This document shows, piece by piece, positions 7,353 to 15,850 of a stretch of DNA of 64,000 nt. The stretch is from Verrucomicrobiia bacterium. GTDB taxonomy: Bacteria; Verrucomicrobiota; Verrucomicrobiia; Limisphaerales; UBA11358. Numbering within the stretch: position 1 is the first letter of the stretch; every line of letters starts with the position of its first letter. The notes under the pieces were generated by a model. That model saw only the letters and a list, made by a program, of their open reading frames with translations, did no database searches and had not been told where the DNA came from. Where the stretch lies: contig DASZAB010000050.1 of the NCBI GenBank assembly GCA_035945675.1, forward strand, positions 5,312 through 69,311, written 5' to 3'. The position numbers and the translations under genes are program-made.

Positions 7353-7715
7353 ATGTTCGAGCATCGTTCAAAACCGCTGCTGCCGCGCAAGGAGTATTAC
7401 CGGCGCATTGCGCGCCACGCGGCGCTTGGTTTTTCGATCATCGTGGTTGCCCTCGGCATCGGCATGACCGGCTATCACGTTTTCGAAAAATTGCCGTGGG
7501 TTGACGCGTTCGTGAACGCGGCCATGATTCTTTCCGGCATGGGCCCGGTCGCCACCCTGCAAACCAATGCCGGAAAAATGTTCGCCGGCTGCTACGCGCT
7601 GTTCAGCGGCCTCGCCTTGATTGCCATCCTGGGCATCATCTTCGCACCCGTCGTCCACCGCTCGCTGCACAAATTTCATCTGGAGGATGAAGGCCGTCTT
7701 AAAAGGGACAAATAA
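7353..7715 (+). CDS. small 2-TM ion-channel-like membrane protein with non-canonical pore loop
   Basis: 120 aa with the layout TM1 - pore-helix-like segment - TM2. WVDAFVNAAMILSGMGPVATLQTNAGKMFAGCYALFSGLALIA resembles a KcsA-type pore, but the TVGYGD filter position reads LSGMGP. Confidence 0.55.
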   Translation: MFEHRSKPLLPRKEYYRRIARHAALGFSIIVVALGIGMTGYHVFEKLPWVDAFVNAAMILSGMGPVATLQTNAGKMFAGCYALFSGLALIAILGIIFAPVVHRSLHKFHLEDEGRLKRDK

Positions 7716-7762
7716 ACCTGAAACTGTTTTACGCTTCACTGCCAAATCGATATGCTGGATTC

Positions 7763-8620
7763 ATGCTGTGGGCCTTTACCAAATATCACGGGTTGGGCAA
7801 TGATTACATCATCATTGACCCGAAGAACCTGCCGTCACCGCTGACGGCCGCGCAGGTCAAGACGATTTGCCATCGCAATTACGGCATTGGTTCGGATGGC
7901 ATCCTGCTCGGTCCCCTGCCCTCCAAAATGGCGAAGTTTGCGGTTCGCATTTACAATCCCGACGGCAGCGAGGCGGAAAAGAGCGGCAACGGCCTGCGGA
8001 TTTTTTCGCGTTACCTGTGGGACAAGAAACTGGTCGGCAAGGACGAGTTCGCGGTCGAAACCGCCGGCGGGCTGGTGAGGGCCACGGTCACGGAACGCGG
8101 CAAGGTGGTGCGCGTGGAGATGGGCAAGGTCAGTTTCTGGAGCGACGAAATTCCCGTCGCCGGTCCGCGCCGCGAAGTCATCAACGAACCGATTCATCTG
8201 CGCGGCGAACGATTCAACTTCTGCGCGGCCACCGTGGGCAACCCGCATTGCGTGCTGCCGATGCCCAGGATCAGCCCGGAAATTGCGAAGCAGATGGGCC
8301 CGCTGCTGGAAACGCACCTGCGTTTCCCCAACCGCACCAATGTGCAATTCATGCGGGTGATGGACCGCAACAACATCCAGATTGAAATCTGGGAGCGCGG
8401 CGCCGGTTACACCCTGGCGAGCGGCAGCAGCAGCAGCGCCGCGGCGGCGGTGGCGCACCGGCTCGGCCTGTGCGATCGCGAGATTTCCGTGCACATGCCC
8501 GGCGGCATCATTGAAATCGAGATCGGCGAGGATTACGCAATCCGCATGACCGGCGCGGTGGCCAAAGTGGCCGACGGCGTCATCGCCAAAGAAATGTTCA
8601 CCTCGTCAATCGTGGGTTAA
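7763..8620 (+). CDS. dapF: diaminopimelate epimerase homologue (catalytic Cys positions both Ser)
   Basis: 285 aa. FTKYHGLGNDYIIID, YNPDGSEAEKSGNG, VGNPHCV and ERGAGYTLASGSSSS align colinearly with E. coli DapF as I recall it. Confidence 0.8.
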   Translation: MLWAFTKYHGLGNDYIIIDPKNLPSPLTAAQVKTICHRNYGIGSDGILLGPLPSKMAKFAVRIYNPDGSEAEKSGNGLRIFSRYLWDKKLVGKDEFAVETAGGLVRATVTERGKVVRVEMGKVSFWSDEIPVAGPRREVINEPIHLRGERFNFCAATVGNPHCVLPMPRISPEIAKQMGPLLETHLRFPNRTNVQFMRVMDRNNIQIEIWERGAGYTLASGSSSSAAAAVAHRLGLCDREISVHMPGGIIEIEIGEDYAIRMTGAVAKVADGVIAKEMFTSSIVG

Positions 8621-8766
8621 AAAAGCTAATTGGCAACGGCCGTGAGATGCCAGTGCAGCACCAGCAATAGCCTCCCTGATTTGCATGAGATGGCTTAAAT
8701 ACACCGAACTTGCAGGGCGATGTTCGGGCGTGCAGGAGTTAACTTCAAGAAACGCAGCAACTGTAT

Positions 8767-9441
8767 TCACCACCGGCGGACGCGATAGAAGCGCTGCGAA
8801 CTGTTAGTGGTGGGATCGGTAAGCGTGAGCAGGCCGCCGTTGCCGGCCGTCAATGGCAACGGTGTCCAATTTGCGTCGGAGAGCGAGTTCTTGTATTCCA
8901 ACTGATATACCCGCCCGCTCTGCGATGGCAGGAAAACGCTGAAGCCTTTGGCGGTCCAAGAAGGATTTGACAAAAAAGTTTGCGGGATTGGTTGGCCCTC
9001 TCCCGCAATCGCAAGAGCATAATCAAATCCTCCTGAAATTCCGACTACGTTGGTCAGACCCGACGGCACGTTCGTCGCTCCGGAACTGCTGTCGCCCCAA
9101 GCGACCACAGCCCACTGATCTGTCAAGGCGTAACTGTCATAATTTCCAGCGGCGATCGCCACCACATTGGAGAGTGTTGCTGGCACCGTTGTTGCGCCGT
9201 CGGCATTGTAGCCCCACGCTGCCACGGTTCCATTCGTGAGGCCGGAAGGAATATTTGTCTGGCCATAAGAATCATCCCCCCAAGTGAACAATTGTCCGTC
9301 GGCCCGCAGAGCCATGCTGTAATTGCCGCCACAAGCAATGGCGACAACATTCGTGAGACCTGCCGGCAGATTGAGTTGTAGATTGTAATTCGCGCCCCAC
9401 GTCACCAGGCTGCCGTCAGCTCGTAATGCCAAATTTAACAT
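8767..9441 (-). CDS. RCC1-repeat (beta-propeller blade) protein, probably 5'-truncated
   Basis: Degenerate repeats A(L/I)xxDGxxxxWGxNxxGQxxxPxGLTNVVAIA. There is no signal peptide or N-terminal domain, and the first residues already lie inside a repeat. The C-terminal domain ends RFYRVRRW. Confidence 0.55.
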   Translation of the reverse strand: MLNLALRADGSLVTWGANYNLQLNLPAGLTNVVAIACGGNYSMALRADGQLFTWGDDSYGQTNIPSGLTNGTVAAWGYNADGATTVPATLSNVVAIAAGNYDSYALTDQWAVVAWGDSSSGATNVPSGLTNVVGISGGFDYALAIAGEGQPIPQTFLSNPSWTAKGFSVFLPSQSGRVYQLEYKNSLSDANWTPLPLTAGNGGLLTLTDPTTNSSQRFYRVRRW

Positions 9442-9662
9442 TATAGTTAGCTGCGAATGGGGCGGTTTTCGCAGCCTATCTCCCGGATTTCGCAGCCTAT
9501 TATGGCAAGGGGGCTGTGGTTTGAGGCTGGAGACAGGGGAAAAAGCTGCCGCACATGCAGCGCTATTGGATGCTCCATTGGACCTCTACCCGCTCCGCTT
9601 TTCACTTGCGTGCAAGATAGCACCATTTTAAAGCCGGTTTCAAGCCAATTCCGGGTGCCCTT

Positions 9663-9865
9663 ATGCCCAATGCAACGACTTTTGGCCGTCCGGTGCGGGA
9701 GCGGTTGGTGCCCAATCCCAAGGCGCGGTTGCGGGAACAGTTCCGAGTGGTGGCGCACTTCAAGTTTTTGTCGTATCGGACGGAGGAGGCGTATTGGGAT
9801 TGGGTGGTGCGGTCCTCGGAACAAATTGGCGGTTGGCAGTTTGGCGATGGGGAAAATCAGAGCCG
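9663..9865 (+). pseudogene. truncated tyrosine recombinase (integron-integrase-like N-terminal SAM-like domain only)
   Basis: PNPKARLREQFRVVAHFKFLSYRTEEAYWDWVVR matches the N-terminal core-binding motif of IntI-like integrases (xRxRHYSxRTExAYxxWIxRF). The frame then degenerates and runs into a REP half-site (9862-9883). No catalytic domain is present. Confidence 0.5.
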
Positions 9866-10035
9866 GCTGACGCCGGCTGCTACCATAATTAAAGGATCGG
9901 CTTGGAGAACAAAGTTTTGACAGAAGGAACAGAATTCCCCGGCTTGGTGGTTAAATCCAAGCCCTCCTTCATCGTGACTTTCTTTCCCGAGGGGAAAGAA
10001 ACCGTATCAGGCCGGCTCGACGGAGCCGAATGATT

Positions 10036-11220
10036 TTAGTTCGCCGGCTGGAGCCGGGCGCGCAGGACGTGGATGAGGGCCTTGACGGTGAGTTCGATAA
10101 AGAGAAACGGCTTGGCGATGAAATCATTGCCGCCGGCCATCATGGAACTGGTGCGGCTGTCAAAGTCACTGAGCGCGGTGACAAAGACGACGGGAGTTTT
10201 TTTGTACTGCGGCATGGCGCGCAGCCTGGTGCAGAGTTCAAAACCGGTCATGCCGGGCATGTCCACGTCCAGGAAAACGAGGTCGAACCTTGTCTCCGTC
10301 AGTAAATTCAGGGCGGCGTTGGGGTCGGCGGTGCTGGTGGAAGGCAACTGCGCCTTTTCCAGGGCGTAAACCACGGCGCGTTGGGAAATCGGCTCGTCGT
10401 CCACCACGAGAATGTTGACGGCGGGCGGGTCCGGATTATCCGGCTTTTTGCCGCGTTCGAAGAGAAAGCCGAGAAAATCCACGGCCGCGGCCACGGTGCG
10501 CAGGGTGGAGGTATTGATGCTCTTTGGTTTTTCGTAAAGCTCCTTGAGCAGCGCCTCCACGGCGGCGGACATTTGCGAGACATAGATGAATCCAGCGAGG
10601 CCGGCGTTGCCGGCGAGCGCATGGGTACGGCGGTAAAGCTCGTGGATGTACTTGAGCTGATTGATTTCGTCATCCGCCTTGATGAGGCTCTGCAAATGGC
10701 TGCGCAACGCCGCCAGGGTGGCCGGTTCGCTTTCAATGAACGACGTCCGCAGTTCGTTCAGAAATTTTGTGTCCCCCTCGGTATCGGTGAAATTGGGCCG
10801 GGCGGAAGGGGTCGCGGTCGTCCGCACCGCGGGGCCGCGCGGGATGGAGCCGCTGTCGCCGATGGCCTGGCGGACGACGTCCAGCACGTCCTTGGGCGTG
10901 CAATTGGTCTTGGACAGGCATTTGCTGGCGCCTGCCTTCCAGGCTTCCTGGATCAGGTTGGTCAGGTAGGTGTTGGAAAAAACAATGATGGGCAATTTGG
11001 CAAAATCCGCCTCGCTGCGGACCCTTTTGATGAGATCAACCCCCGACATCTGGGGCAGAACGAGATCCAGGAGCATGATGTCGGGCTGAAACGTCCGCAT
11101 GGTTTTCAGGCCGCTTTCGCCGTCAAACGCCACCTCGGCCTGATAACCTTCGATTGCGAATTTATTCCGGTAGATGTTCGCAATGATTTGATCGTCTTCG
11201 ATGATGAGAACTTTTTTCAT
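10036..11220 (-). CDS. phosphorelay protein REC-Hpt-REC
   Basis: 394 aa. The N-terminal receiver is KKVLIIEDD...MLLDLVLPQMSG. The central Hpt-like helix bundle has YRRTHALAGNAGLAG. The C-terminal receiver is ILVVDDE...VFLDVDMPGMTG. The start overlaps the kinase stop (ATGA at 11217-11220). Confidence 0.85.
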   Translation of the reverse strand: MKKVLIIEDDQIIANIYRNKFAIEGYQAEVAFDGESGLKTMRTFQPDIMLLDLVLPQMSGVDLIKRVRSEADFAKLPIIVFSNTYLTNLIQEAWKAGASKCLSKTNCTPKDVLDVVRQAIGDSGSIPRGPAVRTTATPSARPNFTDTEGDTKFLNELRTSFIESEPATLAALRSHLQSLIKADDEINQLKYIHELYRRTHALAGNAGLAGFIYVSQMSAAVEALLKELYEKPKSINTSTLRTVAAAVDFLGFLFERGKKPDNPDPPAVNILVVDDEPISQRAVVYALEKAQLPSTSTADPNAALNLLTETRFDLVFLDVDMPGMTGFELCTRLRAMPQYKKTPVVFVTALSDFDSRTSSMMAGGNDFIAKPFLFIELTVKALIHVLRARLQPAN

Positions 11221-13664
11221 GAATGAACCGTGGTCGCCACCGTCCCGCTCAGGGCCGGATGCTTCACCAGGAAATCCTGGGTGCGTCTGAATTCGCGCCG
11301 GGCATCAGCGCACAGTTGTTGCGCGTTGGTCAACCGGCCGGCCTTGCCCTGCCGCTCCAATTCCCGTAACAACGGCACCAGGCGCCTCATGCCCAGGGTG
11401 GCGCTGGCGCCGGCGCAACTGTGCGCCACCTGGCGCACTTCCTCGGCTTTGTTCGCGTGAACCGCCGTTTCCAATTGCGCGAGCTGCCCGGTCGTCTGGG
11501 TGAAGTAAAGTTCCACCAGCTCGCGAAGGCTTTCCGCGTTCCCGCCGCCCAAATCCGACAGCCGATCCATTTCCACCGGCGGTTCTTCCGCCTCCGGCGG
11601 GTCCGCGACGGGCGGGAGCGCGGGTTGGGGGGAGGCCGACGAACCCATCTGCGAACTCCAGCGCTCAATAATGGCACGGACATCCTTCGGGCGGACGGGC
11701 TTGGCCAGGTAATCGTCCATGCCCGCAGCGATGCATTTCTCCCGGTCGCCCTGCATCGCCTGCGCCGTCATGGCCACGATGACAATGCGGGAGCTGTAAT
11801 TGGCCTTCCCGCCGGCTTTTTGAAACTCGCGAATCGCGCGGGCCGCTTCCAAGCCGTCCATTTCCGGCATCATCACGTCCATAAAAATCAAATCATAGGG
11901 CTTCCGGTCAAGCGCGTCGAGTGCTTCCCGCCCGTTGGCGGCCAGGTCCGGCTGGTAACCCAACTGCTGCAGAATGCGTACGGCAACCTTCTGATTGATG
12001 GCGTTGTCGTCGCACAATAATACGCGCAACGGCTGGCGGCTGGCAAAGGTTTCTTTTCCCTGAACCGGTGTCGACGTGGGCTGCGGCAACGGCGCAGCTT
12101 TGATGCCGGAAAAAGCGCGGGTGACGGTCTCAAAAAATTGCACTGGTTTGACGGGCTTGACGGTGAAAGCGACGCACGGGATGGGCGCCGTGGCGGGGGC
12201 TTCCAGGCGCGCACCGAGCGGCGTCAGCAATATCAGGGGCAGTGTCGTCGCATCCGGCAATTGATGGATTTCGGCGGCCAGAGTGAAACCATCCATGCCC
12301 GGCAACTGCGCGTCGAGAATCACCAGGTCAAACGAGTTGCCTCCGCGAAAGAAATTCATTGCCTGCTGCGCATCCCCGGCATCGCGGGGAATCATTCCCC
12401 AGCGGGTCGCCTGCTCGGCCAGCACCCGGCGGCAGGTGGCGTTGTCGTCCACAATCAACACCCGCCGACCCGCCAATTGATCCTGCAGTCCCGCCAGCGG
12501 GTGCGGGGCGGTTTGCGGTTGGACCAGAACATTGATGGTGAAGTGGAAGGTTGAGCCTTCACCCGCCACGCTCTCCGCCCACATTTTGCCGCCCATCAAT
12601 TCGACCAGTTGTTTGCTGATGGCCAGGCCTAGTCCCGTGCCGCCATAACGATGCGCCGTGGAGGGGTCAGCCTGGGTGAAGGGTTTGAACAAACGCGCCA
12701 GGCGGTCCGGCGGAATGCCAATCCCCGTGTCCCGCACGGAAAAATGGAGGTGCAACAGGGAGCGATTTTGTTTTTCCTCCGCCTTGGCTGAAAGCAATTT
12801 GATTTGCACCAGGATCTCGCCGGACTTGGTGAACTTGATACCATTGCTCAAAAGATTCACCAGGACCTGGCGCAGGCGCAAGGCGTCGCCTTCCACCAGG
12901 GAAACAATCTCGTCGTCCATCTGATAAACCAGGTCAAGATTCTTTTCGAATGCCTTCGCGGCCATCAAGTCCAGCGTTTCCTCCACGCACGCGCGCAGGT
13001 CGAACGGCCGCGAATCCAGTTCCAGTTTGCCGGCTTCAATTTTGGAGAAATCGAGGATGTCATTGATGATGGTGAGCAAAGCCTCGCTGCTCGCATGGAT
13101 CGTTTCCAGATAACCCCGCTGCTCGGCGGTCAACTGCGTTTCGAGCAGCAGACCCACCATCGCCACCACGCCGTTCATCGGCGTGCGGATTTCATGGCTC
13201 ATGGCCGCCAGAAAATCCGCTTTCGCGCGCGCGGCGGATTCGGCGGCGATCCGGGCGGACATCAACTCGCGCTGACGGTGGAGCAAGTCGCCAAATTGCC
13301 GCTTGATTTTCAACGCGGCGGAGAGGCGGGCACGGAGTTCGGTGACCTCAAACGGCCGGCTCACACAGTCGTGCGCGCCCAGTTCAAACGCACGGATCTT
13401 CTCCGCCGGTGCATCCGCGGCGGTGAACACAATGACGGGAACGGTTTGGGTCGCCGGGACCTCCTTGAGTTCCTGCAGCAATTCCATTTCCGCGACATCC
13501 AGCAGAATCAGTTCGGGAGGCTGGTCGCGAAGCAGTTCAAAGATCCCGTCACCGGACGGCGCCAGCCGGATGGCGATATCGTCCGCCCGCAGCAATTCGG
13601 ACAACGTCGCCAGCAATTCCGGATTGTTGCCAACCAGAAAAATTTGGGCTGCGGCTTGTCTCAT
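11217..13664 (-). CDS. hybrid histidine kinase: pseudo-receiver - HisKA - HATPase - REC - REC - Hpt
   Basis: 815 aa. H-box AAMSHEIRTPMNGV, G-boxes DTGIGI and GGTGLGLAIS. Two receivers (LIVDDNAT..VILDAQLPGMDG and LLCDDNAINQ..IFMDVMMPEMDG). C-terminal Hpt is HSCAGASATLGM. No TM or sensor domain is visible. Confidence 0.85.
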   Translation of the reverse strand: MRQAAAQIFLVGNNPELLATLSELLRADDIAIRLAPSGDGIFELLRDQPPELILLDVAEMELLQELKEVPATQTVPVIVFTAADAPAEKIRAFELGAHDCVSRPFEVTELRARLSAALKIKRQFGDLLHRQRELMSARIAAESAARAKADFLAAMSHEIRTPMNGVVAMVGLLLETQLTAEQRGYLETIHASSEALLTIINDILDFSKIEAGKLELDSRPFDLRACVEETLDLMAAKAFEKNLDLVYQMDDEIVSLVEGDALRLRQVLVNLLSNGIKFTKSGEILVQIKLLSAKAEEKQNRSLLHLHFSVRDTGIGIPPDRLARLFKPFTQADPSTAHRYGGTGLGLAISKQLVELMGGKMWAESVAGEGSTFHFTINVLVQPQTAPHPLAGLQDQLAGRRVLIVDDNATCRRVLAEQATRWGMIPRDAGDAQQAMNFFRGGNSFDLVILDAQLPGMDGFTLAAEIHQLPDATTLPLILLTPLGARLEAPATAPIPCVAFTVKPVKPVQFFETVTRAFSGIKAAPLPQPTSTPVQGKETFASRQPLRVLLCDDNAINQKVAVRILQQLGYQPDLAANGREALDALDRKPYDLIFMDVMMPEMDGLEAARAIREFQKAGGKANYSSRIVIVAMTAQAMQGDREKCIAAGMDDYLAKPVRPKDVRAIIERWSSQMGSSASPQPALPPVADPPEAEEPPVEMDRLSDLGGGNAESLRELVELYFTQTTGQLAQLETAVHANKAEEVRQVAHSCAGASATLGMRRLVPLLRELERQGKAGRLTNAQQLCADARREFRRTQDFLVKHPALSGTVATTVHS

Positions 13665-13831
13665 GACGACGACTTGAATTGATTTGTGATGTCTATTTTA
13701 AGGACGTTTTGTCCCAGGCCGCCTATTCAATATCAGTTTTGCCGTTTTGGCCAACCCGTTTTTTAGTTTACTGCATTTCCAATGCCGAAAGAAACGTTGC
13801 TGGCACGGGGTTTTGGCGGTAAAATCGACCC

Positions 13832-14872
13832 ATGCTGCAAACGGTGCTTGAGCCCGGCACGGCGGAAAACACGGCCTTGTTTCGAGAAACGTATCTGGCC
13901 GCCTACCGCTTCATGTTGCTGGCGCGGTTGTTGGATGACAAATTCGCCGCGCTTTGGCGCTCCGGCAGAATCCATGGCGGCGTCTTCCTGGGACGCGGCC
14001 AGGAAGCCTTGAGTGCGGCGACCGGTGTCTCCCTGAAGAAGGGCGACGTGTTTGCGCCATTAATCCGGGACGCCGCGGGACGGCTGGCCTTTGGCGAAAC
14101 GGTCCTGGACGCCGCGCGCACCTATCTGGGCTCGGCGCTGGGGCCAATGCGGGGACGTGATGGCAACGTCCACCGCGGAAAACCGAAGGAAGGTTATTTG
14201 CCGATGATCAGCCATCTCGGCGCGATGATTTCCGTCGTCAACGGCATCCTGCTGGCGCGCCGGTTTAAAAAAATCCCCGGCACGGTCGGCGTCGCCAGCG
14301 TCGGCGACGGCGCGACCTCCACCGGGGCATTCCACGAAGCGCTCAATCAGGCGGCGGTGGAAAAATTGCCGCTCGTATTGATCGTGGCCGACAACCAATA
14401 CGCCTATTCCACGCCGACCTCGCGCCAGTTCGCCTGCCGCGACCTCGCGGACAAGGCGGCTGGCTACGGCGTCGAGGTGGAGTCCGCCGATGGCACTGAT
14501 TTGGACGCGTGTTTGAAAACCGTCGGCCGGGCGATTGCCCAGGCTCGGGCGGACCGCGGACCGCAAATGGTCGTGGCCACGTTGCTGCGGCTGTGCGGCC
14601 ATGGCGAGCACGACGATGCCGGGTACATTGATCCCAAGTTGAAAAAATCGCCGTTGGGACGCGACTGCCTGAAGGTGGCCGAGGAATATCTGATGCGGCA
14701 AAAATGGGCGGCTGCCGCGACGCTGACCGCCTGGCGCAGCGAGGCCGTTCATGAAATAGAGCAAGTCATCGCCCAGGTCCAGCGTGAGCCTGCGCCCGAC
14801 CCATTTGCCGAGGATTGGCGCGCGATTTCGGCAAAACAACTGAGCGAAACCCACGACGAAAGCGAAAATTGA
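13832..14872 (+). CDS. 2-oxoacid dehydrogenase E1 component, alpha subunit (TPP-dependent)
   Basis: 346 aa with TPP motif GDGATSTGAFHEALNQAAVEKLPLVLIVADNQYA. Followed by the E1-beta and E2 genes. Confidence 0.85.
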   Translation: MLQTVLEPGTAENTALFRETYLAAYRFMLLARLLDDKFAALWRSGRIHGGVFLGRGQEALSAATGVSLKKGDVFAPLIRDAAGRLAFGETVLDAARTYLGSALGPMRGRDGNVHRGKPKEGYLPMISHLGAMISVVNGILLARRFKKIPGTVGVASVGDGATSTGAFHEALNQAAVEKLPLVLIVADNQYAYSTPTSRQFACRDLADKAAGYGVEVESADGTDLDACLKTVGRAIAQARADRGPQMVVATLLRLCGHGEHDDAGYIDPKLKKSPLGRDCLKVAEEYLMRQKWAAAATLTAWRSEAVHEIEQVIAQVQREPAPDPFAEDWRAISAKQLSETHDESEN

Positions 14873-14878
14873 TCCGGC

Positions 14879-15844
14879 ATGAGCGTCACCTACCTCGAAG
14901 CCATCCGTGAAGCGCAGGCACATGCCCTGCGCGACGATCCGCGGGTATTCATTTATGGACAGGATGTCGGCGCGTTCGGGGGCGCTCACAAGGCCACGAA
15001 AAATCTGGCCAGGGAATTTCCCGGTCGGGTCCTGGATTCACCCATCAGCGAGGATGCCATTATGGGCCTGGCCGTCGGCGCGGCGATTGAAGGCATGCGG
15101 CCGATTGTGGAAATGCAATTCGCGGATTTCTCCACCGTCGGTTTCAACCAGATCGTCAACCAGGCAGCGACCCTTTTCTGGCGGACGAACGTGCCCTGTC
15201 CGGTCACGGTGCGCCTGCCGTTTGGCGGAACGTCGGGCAGCGGCCCGTTTCACAGCCAGTGCATGGAAACGGTTTATGCGCATTACCCGGGACTGATCGT
15301 GCTGACGCCCGCCACGGTCGAGGACGCCTACAGCATGTTGCTGGAAGCGGTGGCGATTGACGACCCGGTGATTTTCTGCGAGCACAAATTTCTTTATTAC
15401 CATCTTAAGGCCGAAAAATTGCCAAGCGAAGCCCTGCCCGTCGGCAAGGCCCGCATCGCACGTGAAGGCCGGGACATGACCGTCGTCGCCTACAGCGCCA
15501 TGGTGCACGAGGCGCTCGAAGCGGCGAAGGAACTCGCGCCCGAAGGCTGGGAGGTGGAAGTGGTGGACTTGCGTTCCGTGAAGCCGATTGACACCGATAC
15601 GGTGATGGCCAGCGTGGCGCGCACGGGGCGATTGCTCTGCGTCGGTGAGGCCTGGTCCTGGGGCGGAGTGACGGCGGAAATCATCGCGCGGGTGACGAGC
15701 GAAGGCTATGGCTTGCTCGACGCGCCGCCGCAACGACTTAACGCCAAGGACACCCCCGTGCCGTACCACCCGAATTTGTGGGCGGCCCATCGCCCGACGG
15801 CACGCGCCATTGCCGCCGCCGCCAGAAAACTCCTGAGGCTTTGA
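14879..15844 (+). CDS. 2-oxoacid dehydrogenase E1 component, beta subunit
   Basis: 321 aa with transketolase-like pyrimidine-binding and C-terminal domains (DSPISEDAIMGLAVGAA, EMQFADF). Confidence 0.85.
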   Translation: MSVTYLEAIREAQAHALRDDPRVFIYGQDVGAFGGAHKATKNLAREFPGRVLDSPISEDAIMGLAVGAAIEGMRPIVEMQFADFSTVGFNQIVNQAATLFWRTNVPCPVTVRLPFGGTSGSGPFHSQCMETVYAHYPGLIVLTPATVEDAYSMLLEAVAIDDPVIFCEHKFLYYHLKAEKLPSEALPVGKARIAREGRDMTVVAYSAMVHEALEAAKELAPEGWEVEVVDLRSVKPIDTDTVMASVARTGRLLCVGEAWSWGGVTAEIIARVTSEGYGLLDAPPQRLNAKDTPVPYHPNLWAAHRPTARAIAAAARKLLRL

Positions 15845-15850
15845 ACGATT

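Noticed and set aside
8621-9865. Possible integron (integrase fragment with an oppositely oriented cassette-like RCC1 gene).
   Set aside because: Only about 55 codons of the integrase survive. I could not find attI or attC-like sites (no convincing RYYYAAC/GTTRRRY pair) downstream of the RCC1 gene.
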